A stretch of 63,154 nt of DNA, counting the filler, from Chiloscyllium plagiosum (taxonomy: Eukaryota): NCBI RefSeq assembly GCF_004010195.1. It is 5 parts of one record of this genome, joined end to end, with 100 filler letters (N's around TTAATTAATTAA, not from the genome) between each part and the next. Parts side by side here need not be neighbours in the genome. Positions count along the whole stretch, not along the records: positions 1 to 20,652 come from NC_057716.1; positions 20,753 to 26,637 come from NC_057716.1; 3 more parts are not named here. One strand, 5' to 3'. The position numbers and the translations under genes are program-made. Positions 10,214 through 21,287 of the stretch are shown here, piece after piece (the stretch's first letter is position 1; every line of letters starts with the position of its first letter). A model generated the notes under the pieces. That model ran no database searches, was not told the origin of the DNA, and was given only the letters and a program-made list of their open reading frames with translations.

Positions 10214-11217
10214 ATAATAATCATAGATTGTGAATATCTCTGTACTATGACTTGATCTGCTTTGACTCCTTTTGAATCTAGTTGATCCCTTGAGATCCTG
10301 AAACAAATACAGATGTCCATTTTGAAAATCCATTGCTTTTATAATTATGAGGCTTAATCATCTGCCAATCTATCATTCATCCTCCATTCCATATCCACCA
10401 GTGTCTTTTCAATCCTTTATCTTGTTTCATTCAGTTTTTGACATTGCAATACTTTAAGGCTTGCCTTCTTTTCATTTTTCAAAACAAAATTGAAAAATAA
10501 GGCTAATATACCTATTCTTTTTTTTTTATTGTATTGTATGAGAATTCCTCCCCAATACCAGTCACAAATTGCACTTGTTATCAGAGCAGTGAGTGACATG
10601 CTGGCCACATCTCCATCAGCATTAGCAGTCCTCCAGTAATTCACCCCGTAACAACTCGAGCTGAGCTTAAACAGCAACTTTGTGTATTTGCTATTAATTT
10701 CAAATGAGATATACATAGTTAGAATATTAACAATATTTCAATTGACACTGACTATTTATACCTTTTCTGGGATTTTTAATACAATGGACTGACTGGCTTT
10801 GGGAATGGGCTAGCATTTAAAACAGACTAAACTGATCTTGGAACCTGGAAACTTATACTTTTTATTGGATTATATTTAACTCTGTGGGAGATGTGGATTT
10901 TAAATTAAATCTCCTGAGGAAATTAAAAGCAGATGTAAGTGGAATGTTCTACTTTAACTGTGGTTCTATAAATATCCTAGATTTCCTAGAATTCAACAAT
11001 GAAAGCACAATGAGAAAATAGCAAGTTTATGGCAGTGGCATTGGGTGACTAAGTGGCAGCCAAAAATCCTGTAAGTACTGAAAACTTGCAGTAATTATTT
11101 GCCTAATTTCTTCTGAGAGTATGCTTTCACCTTCTTTGAGCTGATTTTAATGACATTGAAGGTCACTTCTACCACTTTGGAGTTTAGTGTATCTGATTTG
11201 CACTTTTCATCTGAAAT

Positions 11218-12085
11218 GGGAGGTGATGGCCTAGTGATGTCATCACTGGATTGTTAATCCAGAGACCCAGTAACAAAAAGATGGAGTACTGGGCTAATGG
11301 TCGGATACTTGGTAGTGTGGATGAGCAGAGGGATCTTGGTGTCCATGTACACAGATCTCTGAAAGTTGCCACCCAGGTAAATAGTGCAGTAATGAAGGCA
11401 TATGGTGTACTGGCTTTTATTGGTAGAGGAATTGAGTTCCGGAGCCCTGAGGTCATCTTGCAGTTGTATAAGACTCTGGTACGGCCGCATCTGGAATATT
11501 GTGTGCAGTTTTGGTCGTTCCACGTATGGAGTCAGCTATTACAAGGGGGCATAGCTTTAAATTAAATATAGGACAGATGTTAGGAGTAGATTCTTTACTC
11601 AGCAAGTCGTGAGTTCATGGAATGCCCTGCCAGTAGCAGTGGTGGACTCTCCCTCTTTATGGGCATTTAAACGGGCATTGGATAGGCATATGGAGGATAG
11701 TGGGCTAGTGTAGGTTAGGTGGGTTTGGATCGGCGCAACATCGAGGGCCAAAGGGCCTGTACTGCGCTGTATTTTTCTATGTTCTATGTTCTATGTTCTG
11801 AGTATCCAGGTTTGAATCCTGCCACAGCACATGGTCGAATTTGAATCCAATAAAAATCTGGAATTAAGAGATAATGATGACCATGAATCCACTGCCAATT
11901 GTCAGAAAAAACTCATCTAGTTCACTAATGTCCTTTGGGGAAGGAAACTGCCATGGTCTGGTTGATGTGTGACTCCAGACCCAGCAACATGGTTGACACT
12001 TAACTGCCCTCTGGACAATTAGGGATGGGCAATAAATACTGGCCTAGCCAGTTATGCCTTCATCCAATGAATTAATAGTTTAAAA
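11218..12085 (+). mobile_element. SacSINE1/Deu-type SINE split by a CR1
   Basis: tRNA-like head GGGAGGTGATGGCCTAGTG..., core TTCACTAATGTCCTTTGGGGAAGGAAAC...GTGACTCCAGACCC, tail CAATAAATACTGGCCTAGCC. Similar copies occur at 31074 and 38280. Confidence 0.75.
11271..11798 (+). mobile_element. CR1 LINE 3' fragment with internal deletion
   Basis: EQRDLGVHVHRSLKV...LVRPHLEYCVQFWS; (TTCTATG)n tail. Confidence 0.93.
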
Positions 12086-12714
12086 AAATCATGAGAATAG
12101 AACAGGAACCAGAGGCACATGTGAAGCAACATACACCCTATCCATGAAGTTAATTCATGCTGCCATTTCCCCATTGTTCACTCACCTGAAGAATCATCCA
12201 CTGTTACCTTCACAGAGCCACTATAAATACTTCAGCTTGTGCTTATGCCTGCTCATGCTAATTAATCAGGAAAACTGGCAGTCAAATACTCAGTGGTTGT
12301 GTTGGAAAGTCACCAACAAATTTGCAGCTGAACTTTTCAGGTTCTCTGCATGCTACCAGGCTTCCCACTGCATCTTCAAACTCACAATAGTAGTTTCAGT
12401 ATGTCAATGTTTACACAGGTACAAATATTTTCTTTTTCTAATCAATCTGTTCTGAAATATTCTTACACACCTCTGAAGCAGGTGGGGAGTGAACCTAGCT
12501 CCTGGCTCAGAGGTGGCATATTTGGCACAATTACTATAAAATTCACAGATTCTTTTTTTTAAAAAAATTGATTTAATAATCAATATGTCAAATCAATGCA
12601 AATCTCAACTAAAGGAGTAGGAATATTTGTCTAGATAATTAATTAGTTAATCCTAAATTATAATACTTTATGTGCTGTAAGCGGAAACCAGTTTGCCTAT
12701 AATTTCAAATACTT

Positions 12715-14395
12715 AGTCATAGAGTCATAGAGATGTACAGCATGGAAATTGATCCCTTGGACCAACTCGTCCATGCCGACCAGATATCCCAACCTAATCT
12801 AGTCCCACCTGCCAGCACCTGGCCCATATCCCTCCAAACCCTTCCTATTCATATACCCATCCAGATGCCTTTTAAATTTTGCAATTGTACTAGCCTCCAC
12901 CACTTCCTCTGGCAGTTAATTCCATACACATACCATGCTCTGCATGAAAAAGTTGCCCCTTAGGTCTCTTTTATACCTTTCCCCTTTCACCATAAACCTA
13001 TACCTTCGACTTCTGGACTTCCCCACCCCAGAGAGAAAAAAAACTTTGTCTATTTATCCTATCCATGACCCTCATGATTTTATAAACCTCTATAAGGTCA
13101 TGCCTCAGCCTCTACAATCCAGGAAAAACAGCCCTTACCTATTCAACCTCTCCCTATAGCTCAAATGCCCCAACCTTGGCAAAATACATGTAAATCTTTT
13201 CGGAACCCTTTTCAATTTTCGCAACATCTTTCCGATAGGAAGGAGACCAGAATTGCACACGATATTCCAACAGTGGCCTAACTGATGTCGTGGACAGCCA
13301 CAACATGATCTCCCAATTCCTGTACTCAATAAAGGAAAGCATGCCAAACGCCTTCTTCACTATCCTATCTACCTGAGACTCCACTTTCAAGGAGCTATGA
13401 ACCTGCACTCCAAGGTCACTTTGTTCAGCAACACTCCCGAGGACCATAACATTAAGTGTATAAGACTTGCTTTCCCAAAATGCAGGATACTCAGAACATA
13501 GAACATAGAACATAGAAAAATACAGCGCAGTACAGGCCCTTTGGCCCTCGATGTTGCGCCGATCCAAACCCACCTAACCTACACTAGCCCACTATCCTCC
13601 ATATGCCTATCCAATGCCCGTTTAAATGCCCATAAAGAGGGAGAGTCCACCACTGCTACTGGCAGGGCATTCCATGAACTCACGACTCGCTGAGTAAAGA
13701 ATCTACTCCTAACATCTGTCCTATATTTAATTTATCTAAATTAAACTCCATCTGCCACTTCTCAGCCCATTGGCCCATCTCATCAAGATCCCGTGGTAAT
13801 CTGAGGTAATCTTCTTCGCTGTCCACTACATCTCCAATTTTGGTATTATCTGCAAACTTACTGACTATATCTCTTATGCTCACATCCAAATAATTTAAAT
13901 AATGATGAAAAGTAGTGGACCCAGCACCGATCCTTGTGCCACTCCGCTGGTCACAAACCTCCAGTCTGAAAAACAACCCTCCACCACCACCCTCTGTCTT
14001 CTACCTTTAAACCAGTTTTGTATCCAAATGGCTAGTTCTCCCTGTATTCCATGAGATCTAACCTTGCTAACCAGTCTCCCAAACGCCTTACTGAAGTTCA
14101 TATAGATCACATCTACTGCACTGCCTCATCAATCCTCTTTGTTTCTTCTTCAAAAAACTCAATCAAGTTTGTGAGATATAATTTCTCAAGCACAAAGCCA
14201 GGTTGACTATCTCTAATCAGTCCTTGCCTTTCCAAATACATGTACATCCTGTCTCTCAGGATTCTCTCCAACAACTTGCCCACCACCAAGGTCAGACTCA
14301 CTGGTCTATAGTTCCCTGGCTTGTCCCTCCCTCCTTTTTTAAACAGTGGCACCATGTTAGCCAACCTCCAGTCTTCCAGCACCTTACCTGTGACT
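12715..14395 (-). mobile_element. CR1 LINE, 5'-truncated
   Basis: DWRLANMVPLFKKGGRDKPGNYRPVSLT...[14 protein letters not shown]...KFADNTKIG...; (CTATGACT)n tail. Carries the inverted insert at 13485-13734. Confidence 0.95.
13485..13734 (-). repeat. 250-bp inverted copy of 11558-11807
   Basis: Reverse-complement match, with one substitution that I could see. It includes the donor's private deletion junction and its non-CR1 flank (GAGTATCC). Confidence 0.9.
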
Positions 14396-14524
14396 ATCTT
14401 ATTATACATCTGTCCATTATGGAACTTATCTTTTTTCACATTAATGCTAGCCCATTTAATTGTAAACACTTTTTCCTGGAATTACAGACAGCAAAGAGTT
14501 CTAGCTGCATGAGAAATTAAATCA

Positions 14525-14715
14525 AACATGTAGAATGCTAAAGAAATTCTGGAGTTCTGGCAGCATCTGTGGAGAGAGAGTTCATATTCTGAATCAGATA
14601 TGACTCTTCTGCAGAATGTTATCTCTCCACAAATGTTGTCAGACCTGCTGAGGTTCTCCAGCATGCTCTCAGTTTGCTTCAGATTTCCAGCATATGCAGT
14701 ATTTTCCTTTTGTTT
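14525..14715. mobile_element. Old palindromic Penelope-derived insert
   Basis: TCTGGCAGCATCTGTGGAGAGA ... TCTCTCCACAAATGTTGTCAGA inverted arms; same family sequence as 7845 and 54118. Confidence 0.6.
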
Positions 14716-14732
14716 GTGTGAAAAATCTAGTA

Positions 14733-15056
14733 AAGGTAGACAAGCTTTCATCCAAAATTCTGAAATCTGAAAAGCTCCGAAATCCAAAGTTTTTTTTCCT
14801 GAAGTTTTCTTTTTTCCAGAACAAGATTGTTTGGCATGCAAACAGTTAATGCTGCACCCACTTGATCACGTCACTCAGATGTGACATAGCAGCTTGGCCC
14901 AGCACTGGCAGGCGTCAATTCCGTCTCTGTGCTCGTAGTAATCACAGGTGGGTCTGCTGTTCAGTATTGTTTAGAATCTTACTATGAAACTGTCATTTAA
15001 TCCTTTATCCGAAAAATTCCGGTCCTGAGGGTTTCAGATAAAGGATTGTCTACCCG
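14733..15056. mobile_element. Tigger/pogo-like MITE
   Basis: Imperfect TIRs AGGTAGACAAGCTTTCATCCAAAA / TTTCAGATAAAGGATTGTCTACCCG, flanked by TA on both sides. Confidence 0.7.
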
Positions 15057-17114
15057 TATTGACATGCCTATTTTCCAGTATATGAGTTGTTCAGGACTGA
15101 AAACATTCAATTTAGACATATGGGAATTGCTTTAAAATCAATTTTTGCATTGAGGGAAGATCCAAAGTAGTAAATGTTCAATTTAGGATTGAAGTCAGAA
15201 AGCTCTTTACACAAGTGATGCACAATACAACTTATTTTCATCAAGTTCCCTTTTCTCCACATTAACCATTCAATTCAGAATGATCCTAAAGTAATGGCAT
15301 AACAAAACTGTTATTTTTAAGAAAGTACCCACACCTAATTTACAAACTAAATTATTTATTTGCTTAATACTTGCCATTCTTTTTCAGTCACTCTTCATTC
15401 CAATTGAGCCACCGATCCAATGCTTTCAATGTGCCTGTGCCTGCATCCCTCACCTTTCAATCCATTTACACCTATATGCATTTGTCAAACAAAAACCCAA
15501 CATTTTATATCATTATAATGGAGGGAAGGTAAGATCTAAGAGAAAAGCTTCTTTTTGAGAGACGGATACAGCAAAGTTTGCTGATACATATTGGTGTGAA
15601 TCTTCCCACTGTGCTGCTATTTTTTCCACAATGACAAAGCTCCTCATTTCTGACTGCTACTTCTGATTCTGACCTCTTCAGAAATGCTGAGCTTCCCTGA
15701 AATCAGAATCCTTCTTCACAGTACCAGACGAGGGATACCAAGCCATACATTCATTTTATGATACTAACTGCCATCTTCTGTAAGTTTTCATTTACTATCA
15801 CACAACTTTGCAGTGAATAGGAATGGGTAAGGTTAGTAAACAAAGAGGTAGAGTGGGATGTGGGGTGGGTGGCAAGAAAAAATGGGGAAATGATTAGTGT
15901 GGCATGGCAGTAGGTGAGTGAGGTGACATCTGAATATGTTGGCAGGTGAATAGGGTAGAAGGAATTTGCATCAGGTTGAGAGGGGATGTCAGGTTGGGGC
16001 AAGTCAAGTTGTTTCAGTTTTTGAGGGTGTGAGGGCAAGTTTGATGGTCAGGTGGAGTTGGTTGTATTCTCAAATCAGGTCAGGTCAGTTGGGTGAGTTG
16101 AAGGCACTCAAGGGTGGATGGAGTGAAAAGGCGGGATTTGGGACTTGGGGGTGAAAGGGAGGGGTCGGGTTGAGTTGGATGGTGATGTCTGGCAGATTGG
16201 GTCATGAGGAGTTGTGGGATAAGGAGAATTCTGAATATTGTTGCAGGAATCAGGTCGTGGGGTAGTCAGGTTAGGAAATTAGTAGGGGCATGGTGGAGAG
16301 TCAGGTCAGTTGTATGACATGGTTTTAAGCCATTGTGTAAACTACCCTGAGTAACTAATCTGGTGAGTAAGTTGGAAGTGTCTGAAGTTTCTGATTTAAC
16401 TCAGAGTTGGAGACACTTTCTTGGGTGTGTCCTGGGGACAAGGGAAGTTGCTTAGATTTCTGGGTATTTCCCACAGCGTCAGTACACTGAGACACCTCAT
16501 TGGGTGCATCTATACACCCACCCCAAGTCAGTACAGTCCTTTATGGTGCAGCTCCTCAAACATTGCCGCAACCCATGCTCCCTTCCCCCTCCCACTCCTG
16601 CATTGGGTGCATCTACACACCCACCCCAAGTCAGTATAGTCCTTTTTGCCCCAACTAATTTCCTAACCTGACTAGACCCCACGACCTGATTCCTGCCACA
16701 ATATTCAGAATTCTCTTTATTCCACAACTCCTCATGACCTCCTCTGCAGGTCTCAAGATGCAATTTAGGTCATTTGGCTGGACTCCAATTAACCAGAAGT
16801 TGGACGGTCAATTTCAAAACACTTAATAAAATACCTAGGAAGAATGACTTTATCTATGTCTGAAAGTTTGGGATAACCTTTAAGTGGTGTGTTTTATCCA
16901 CATAGTCCTACCACAAGCTAAAAGTTGGTTGGCACCTTGCTAGCATGAAATCTGGCTACCTGGTAGCAATAGTACGCAGGGGTGGCCTTAATAGAGCCAC
17001 AAGGGGATCTCTGCCCTTCAGAGAGAGTACTTCCCATCCTGGGACAGCTTCCAACTAATATAGTTTTATGAAAGTTTGGTCATTTCAGCAATGTCAGAAG
17101 ACAATAGTGGCCAC

Positions 17115-17480
17115 CTAGTCTTAAAATTATAGAGATCTACAGGACAGAAAAAAAAACCCTTTGGCCTAGCACTCCCATGTCAACCAAAAACTGGTTCCAT
17201 TTTCCTGCACTTGGTTCTTAGCCTTGTATGCCTTGGCCTCACAAGTGCACAGTTAAACACTTCTTACATGTTTTGAAGGTTTCTGCCTCTGCCACCCTTA
17301 CAGGCCTTCCAGATTCCTACACTCTCTGGTGAAAGTGTTGTTCCTTAAGTCTCCTTTAAACCTTTTGCCCTTTATCTTAAATCTATGCCCTCAGTCATTG
17401 ATTCATCCGTCAAGGGGAAAAGTTTCTTCCTGTCAATCTGATCTATGCCCCTCAGCACTTTGCATATCTTAATCTGTTCT
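17115..17480 (-). mobile_element. Old CR1-type 3' fragment
   Basis: Minus strand KICKVLRGIDQIDRKKLFPL...T.G...; CR1 3' UTR-like end. Confidence 0.7.
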
Positions 17481-18232
17481 ACTGGATGGAAAGGAATGAG
17501 GGTGGGGTGGGGGGGGAAGTGGTTGGGGGGAGGGAGTGGGAGGGGGAAGGGGGCATGGGTTGCGACAATGCTTGAGGGGCTGGACCAAAAAGGACTGTAC
17601 TGACTTGGGGTGGATGTATAAATACAGACAAAGGACTTCCTCAAAAAGTAGTATCTTTCCCATTTTTGCCTGTCAGCAGTTCATACAGTCAAAGCCTGTT
17701 CATCAAGCTCTCTCCTTACTAATAGACTGAAAAATTGCAGCAATTAGTTAAGGGTCTTAATAAGCTTTAGTGCAGATGACTGCCTGATACCTCACCCACC
17801 TCAGTAAGACATGAGATAGTTGAGAAGGTATCAGGCTGGCCACGTGCTTCATTCTGTGTACCCTTCAACTTCAAATGGCCGGTAGGTGCTGCGCGGTGCA
17901 AAATTCACTACTCGCTTCCATTTGTTTTTATAATGCCAGTTTGGAAAAGGAGTCACTGGCCTCAAAATGTTAACACTGTTTTCTACCCACAGATCCTCCC
18001 AATCTGCAATGTTTCTCTAGTATTTTTGTTTTTGTTTCAGATCTGCAACATCTGCAGTTATTTATTTTACCCAAATATGGTACACTGGACCATTTATGTT
18101 CATTGCTAAGCTTGGTCTTGCTTTACTGATTCATCCAAGTGAATTGTATGAGGAATGCTGGATCACTGCTGATTCATTCTAGCAAAGGAATGTTTCTGGA
18201 GTGCAGGAAAATTGGCTGACTGTTGTATTTGG

Positions 18233-18330
18233 TCAAGATTAGAATGGTGTTGAAAAAGCACAGCAGGTCAGGCAGCATCTGAGGAGCAGGAAAATCAACG
18301 TTTCGGGCAATAGCCCTTCATCAGGAATTA
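18233..18330 (-). mobile_element. 98-bp Penelope-derived insert consisting mostly of a hammerhead motif plus tail (family A)
   Basis: 12-bp TSD TGTTGTATTTGG (18221-18232 / 18331-18342). Minus strand TAATTC-CTGATGA-A-GGGC-TATT-GCCC-GAAACGTT-GATT. Confidence 0.8.
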
Positions 18331-18589
18331 TGTTGTATTTGGCCTGGTGCCAGGGAAGGTGTTAAAGGTGGGAAGAAAATGCCTGATGAATGAGAACAGG
18401 GTAACAGCAACATGGCAGCTTTTCGATGAGTGTGGGGAGCTTGAAAGTAACACTTTTGTTTTTTCTTGACCCACGCAAGTCAAAAACAAAACAAATAAAA
18501 TCTCTTTTCAAAATGACCTCTAGTGGTTCCTTTAAGGACTGCAGCTATGCTTCTCATTGCCTGGAGACTAGATTGTGCTCATGAGAATA

Positions 18590-19900
18590 TTTTGCAAGTC
18601 CATGTTAACATATCAACTGCATTATTTCAAATACCCTCTTCATTATCTCATTAAAAATATCAAATAAGTTAGTTAAAGCCAACTTGCCCTGTGTGTATCC
18701 ATGTTCAATTTCCTTAATTAACCTGCATTGATCTAAATGACTCTTAATTATTAGTTTTAAACGTGTTTGCAACCCTCAGCCTGGCCTGTAGTTGTTGGCT
18801 TTATCCTTGCACCTTTCAGAGCACAAAGGTGTATCATATGCAATTCTCCAGTGCTTTTGCAACGACCCTGTATCTAAGAAGAAGCTGAAGATTATAGGTG
18901 TTTATCTGTAGTATCCTCAGATGTTTCTCAAACTATTCTGGTAACTTTTCAATTAATATCTCTAATAATTCCTCTTTATCAATTGTTAAGCAACTCAGCT
19001 GTTGCCTTTTTGTTTTACCATGATATCGACAGCACCTTCTTCCTTGGTGAAGTCACATACAATGTATTCATTTTATGCCTTGACCATTCCCAATGTCTCC
19101 ATGCCTAAATCGATTTTTTTAGGTCAATACCCCTCTGAATCTCAATTGTATTCTCCACCTGATCTCTGCTATATGTAGCTTCTTTCTGCTTCATCTTTCT
19201 ATGGTTTTCATCATCTACAGCAGCTTTGGATTTGTTTCCCATCATATTCCCCTCCCCTGAGGGAATGGAATTTGAAAGTACAACAACTATCTCTTACAAT
19301 TTTGTTTGTGAGTCTTTGATTCAAGCTTTTCTGGGCCAGATCTGTTTCCAAAATACTGCATTTATCTTGTCCAATTAATTGTTCTTATTCTGATTGCTCC
19401 TTGAACTGATCCATTGCCAACTTAAATCTTATGACATAATGATCACCGTCCCTTAAATGTTCCCTGTTGATACTTGATACACTTGGCCCACCTCATTCTT
19501 AATAACCAGGTCCAGCAATGCTTCATTTCTTGGAAGACAGGAAATGGCTAGTTGTAGACAATTCTCCTCAAACAGTCAAGGACCACTTACCTCTCTCTGA
19601 GCTTTCTGCTATTATTATCCACATCTATACTCGGATAATTAAAGTTCCAAAACAGCAATCCTCTATAATACTTGCACTACTCTGTCATTTCTTTAAAAAT
19701 TTGCTTCTCTGTATTTTTCTCATTAGTAGGTAACCTATGATTGCACCAAGCATTGTACTGGCCTCTCTTTGATTTCTTACCTTGAGCTAAACGGGTAAGA
19801 AATCCTAATCATACTGCAACTCCACTTCCTTTCTTTCCTTCCTTATCTCTCCCAAATACAATGTATCCAGCAGTATTTTTGGCCTTACCCTCCCTGCCTT
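18590..19900 (-). mobile_element. Highly decayed CR1-like ORF2 (APE to RT N-terminus)
   Basis: Minus-strand remnants HGYTQGKLALTNLFDIF (cf. HGF..GKSCLTNL.EFF) near 18650-18700 and GTLII/GDFNY-like near 19640. Confidence 0.6.
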
Positions 19901-20489
19901 CCCATAAGTAAGGAAACTATGTGCCCATCTGTGAGGACCATCTCAATCCCATCTCAAACTATGAACACAGTGTGCTTTGGGAGGAGAATCACTGGACGTA
20001 AGACGCTGCAAATGTATTAATTAGTATCTCTGCTTTAAGAGGAATTTTCACTTTCTCGCTGAAACATGATGCAAAGTTGTGTTTAGTGATTTAGATGGCC
20101 ATTGATCCATGTTTATTGTCAAAGCATAAAGCAACTTGATGCAAAGTTTTCAAGTATAATTTTGAAAATATTCAAAGCAAAATGTCCAAAAATGAATAAT
20201 TGAAATGGAATTTTAATTTAGTTGTTACCAATGTTTTGTTCCCCATTCTCCTTTACTGCCTTTAGGGCTTGATGGGCCTAAAATATATAACATAAACGTC
20301 TTTATCAAATGCAGAATAACTCCATCAGTTTAGCATAAACTAATCTAACATAAACCAGTAAACTTAAATAAATTTGTGGAATAATCTTATAGAGATCTGA
20401 GCATTGGCTATAGTGAGATCTGTGATAGAATTGGATAAGAAGCCCAATAAGGCTAATCTAGTCCGAGCATATTCCTCACACATTGAATT

Positions 20490-20652
20490 TAGAACATAGA
20501 ACATAGAACAATACAGCACAGAACAGGCCCTTCGGCCCACGATGTTGTGCCGAACATTTGCCCTAGCTTAAGCACCCATCCATGTACCTATCGAATTGCC
20601 GCTTAAAGGTCACCAATGATTCTGACTCTGCCACTCCCACAGGCAGCGCATT
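20490..20652 (-). mobile_element. CR1 3' end, cut by an assembly gap
   Basis: (AGAACAT)n tail and GGCCCTTCGGCCC hairpin. Confidence 0.85.
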
Positions 20653-21035
20653 NNNNNNNNNNNNNNNNNNNNNNNNNNNNNNNNNNNNNNNNNNNNTTAA
20701 TTAATTAANNNNNNNNNNNNNNNNNNNNNNNNNNNNNNNNNNNNNNNNNNNNAGCAGGTAGTGAAGAAGGCTAATAGCATGCTGGTCTTCATAACAAGAG
20801 GGATTGAGTATAGAAGCAAAGAGGTTCTTCTGCAGCTGTACAGGGCCCTGGTGAGACCACACCTGAAATATTGTGTGCAGTTCTGATCTCCAAATTTGAG
20901 GAAAGACATTCTCGCTATTGAGGGAGTGCAGCGTAGGATCACGAGATCAATTCCTAGAATGGTGGGACTACCTTACGCTGAAAGACTGGAGTGACTGGAC
21001 TTGTATACCCTTGAGTTTAGAAGACTGAGAGGGGA

Positions 21036-21287
21036 CAAAGTGAGGTCTGCAGATGCTGAAGATCGGAGCTGAAAAAGTGTTGCTGGAAAAGCGCAGCAGG
21101 TCAGGCAGCATCCAGGGAACAGGAGAATCGACGTTTCGGGCATAAGCCCTTCTTCAGGAATGAGGAATGGTGAAGAAGGGCTTCCTGAAGGGCTTCATTC
21201 CTGAAGAAGGGCTTATGCCCGAAACGTCGATTCTCCTGTTCCCTGGATGCTGCCTGACCTGCTGCGCTTTTCCAGCAACACTTTTTC
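21036..21287. mobile_element. Young palindromic Penelope-derived insert with two divergent hammerhead motifs
   Basis: 15-bp TSD AAGACTGAGAGGGGA (21021-21035 / 21288-21302). Perfect ~94-bp inverted arms at 21070-21163 and 21195-21288. Confidence 0.9.
21196..21233 (+). ncRNA. Minimal hammerhead ribozyme motif with intact core
   Basis: TTC-CTGAAGA-A-GGGC-TTAT-GCCC-GAAA-CGTC-GA; mirror copy on the minus strand at ~21125-21162. Confidence 0.8.

Noticed and set aside
20653..20752. TTAATTAATTAA palindrome inside N-runs (also ~26682, ~47267, ~60514)
   Set aside because: Identical 12-mer centred in gaps; a scaffolding linker with stops in all frames, not biology.
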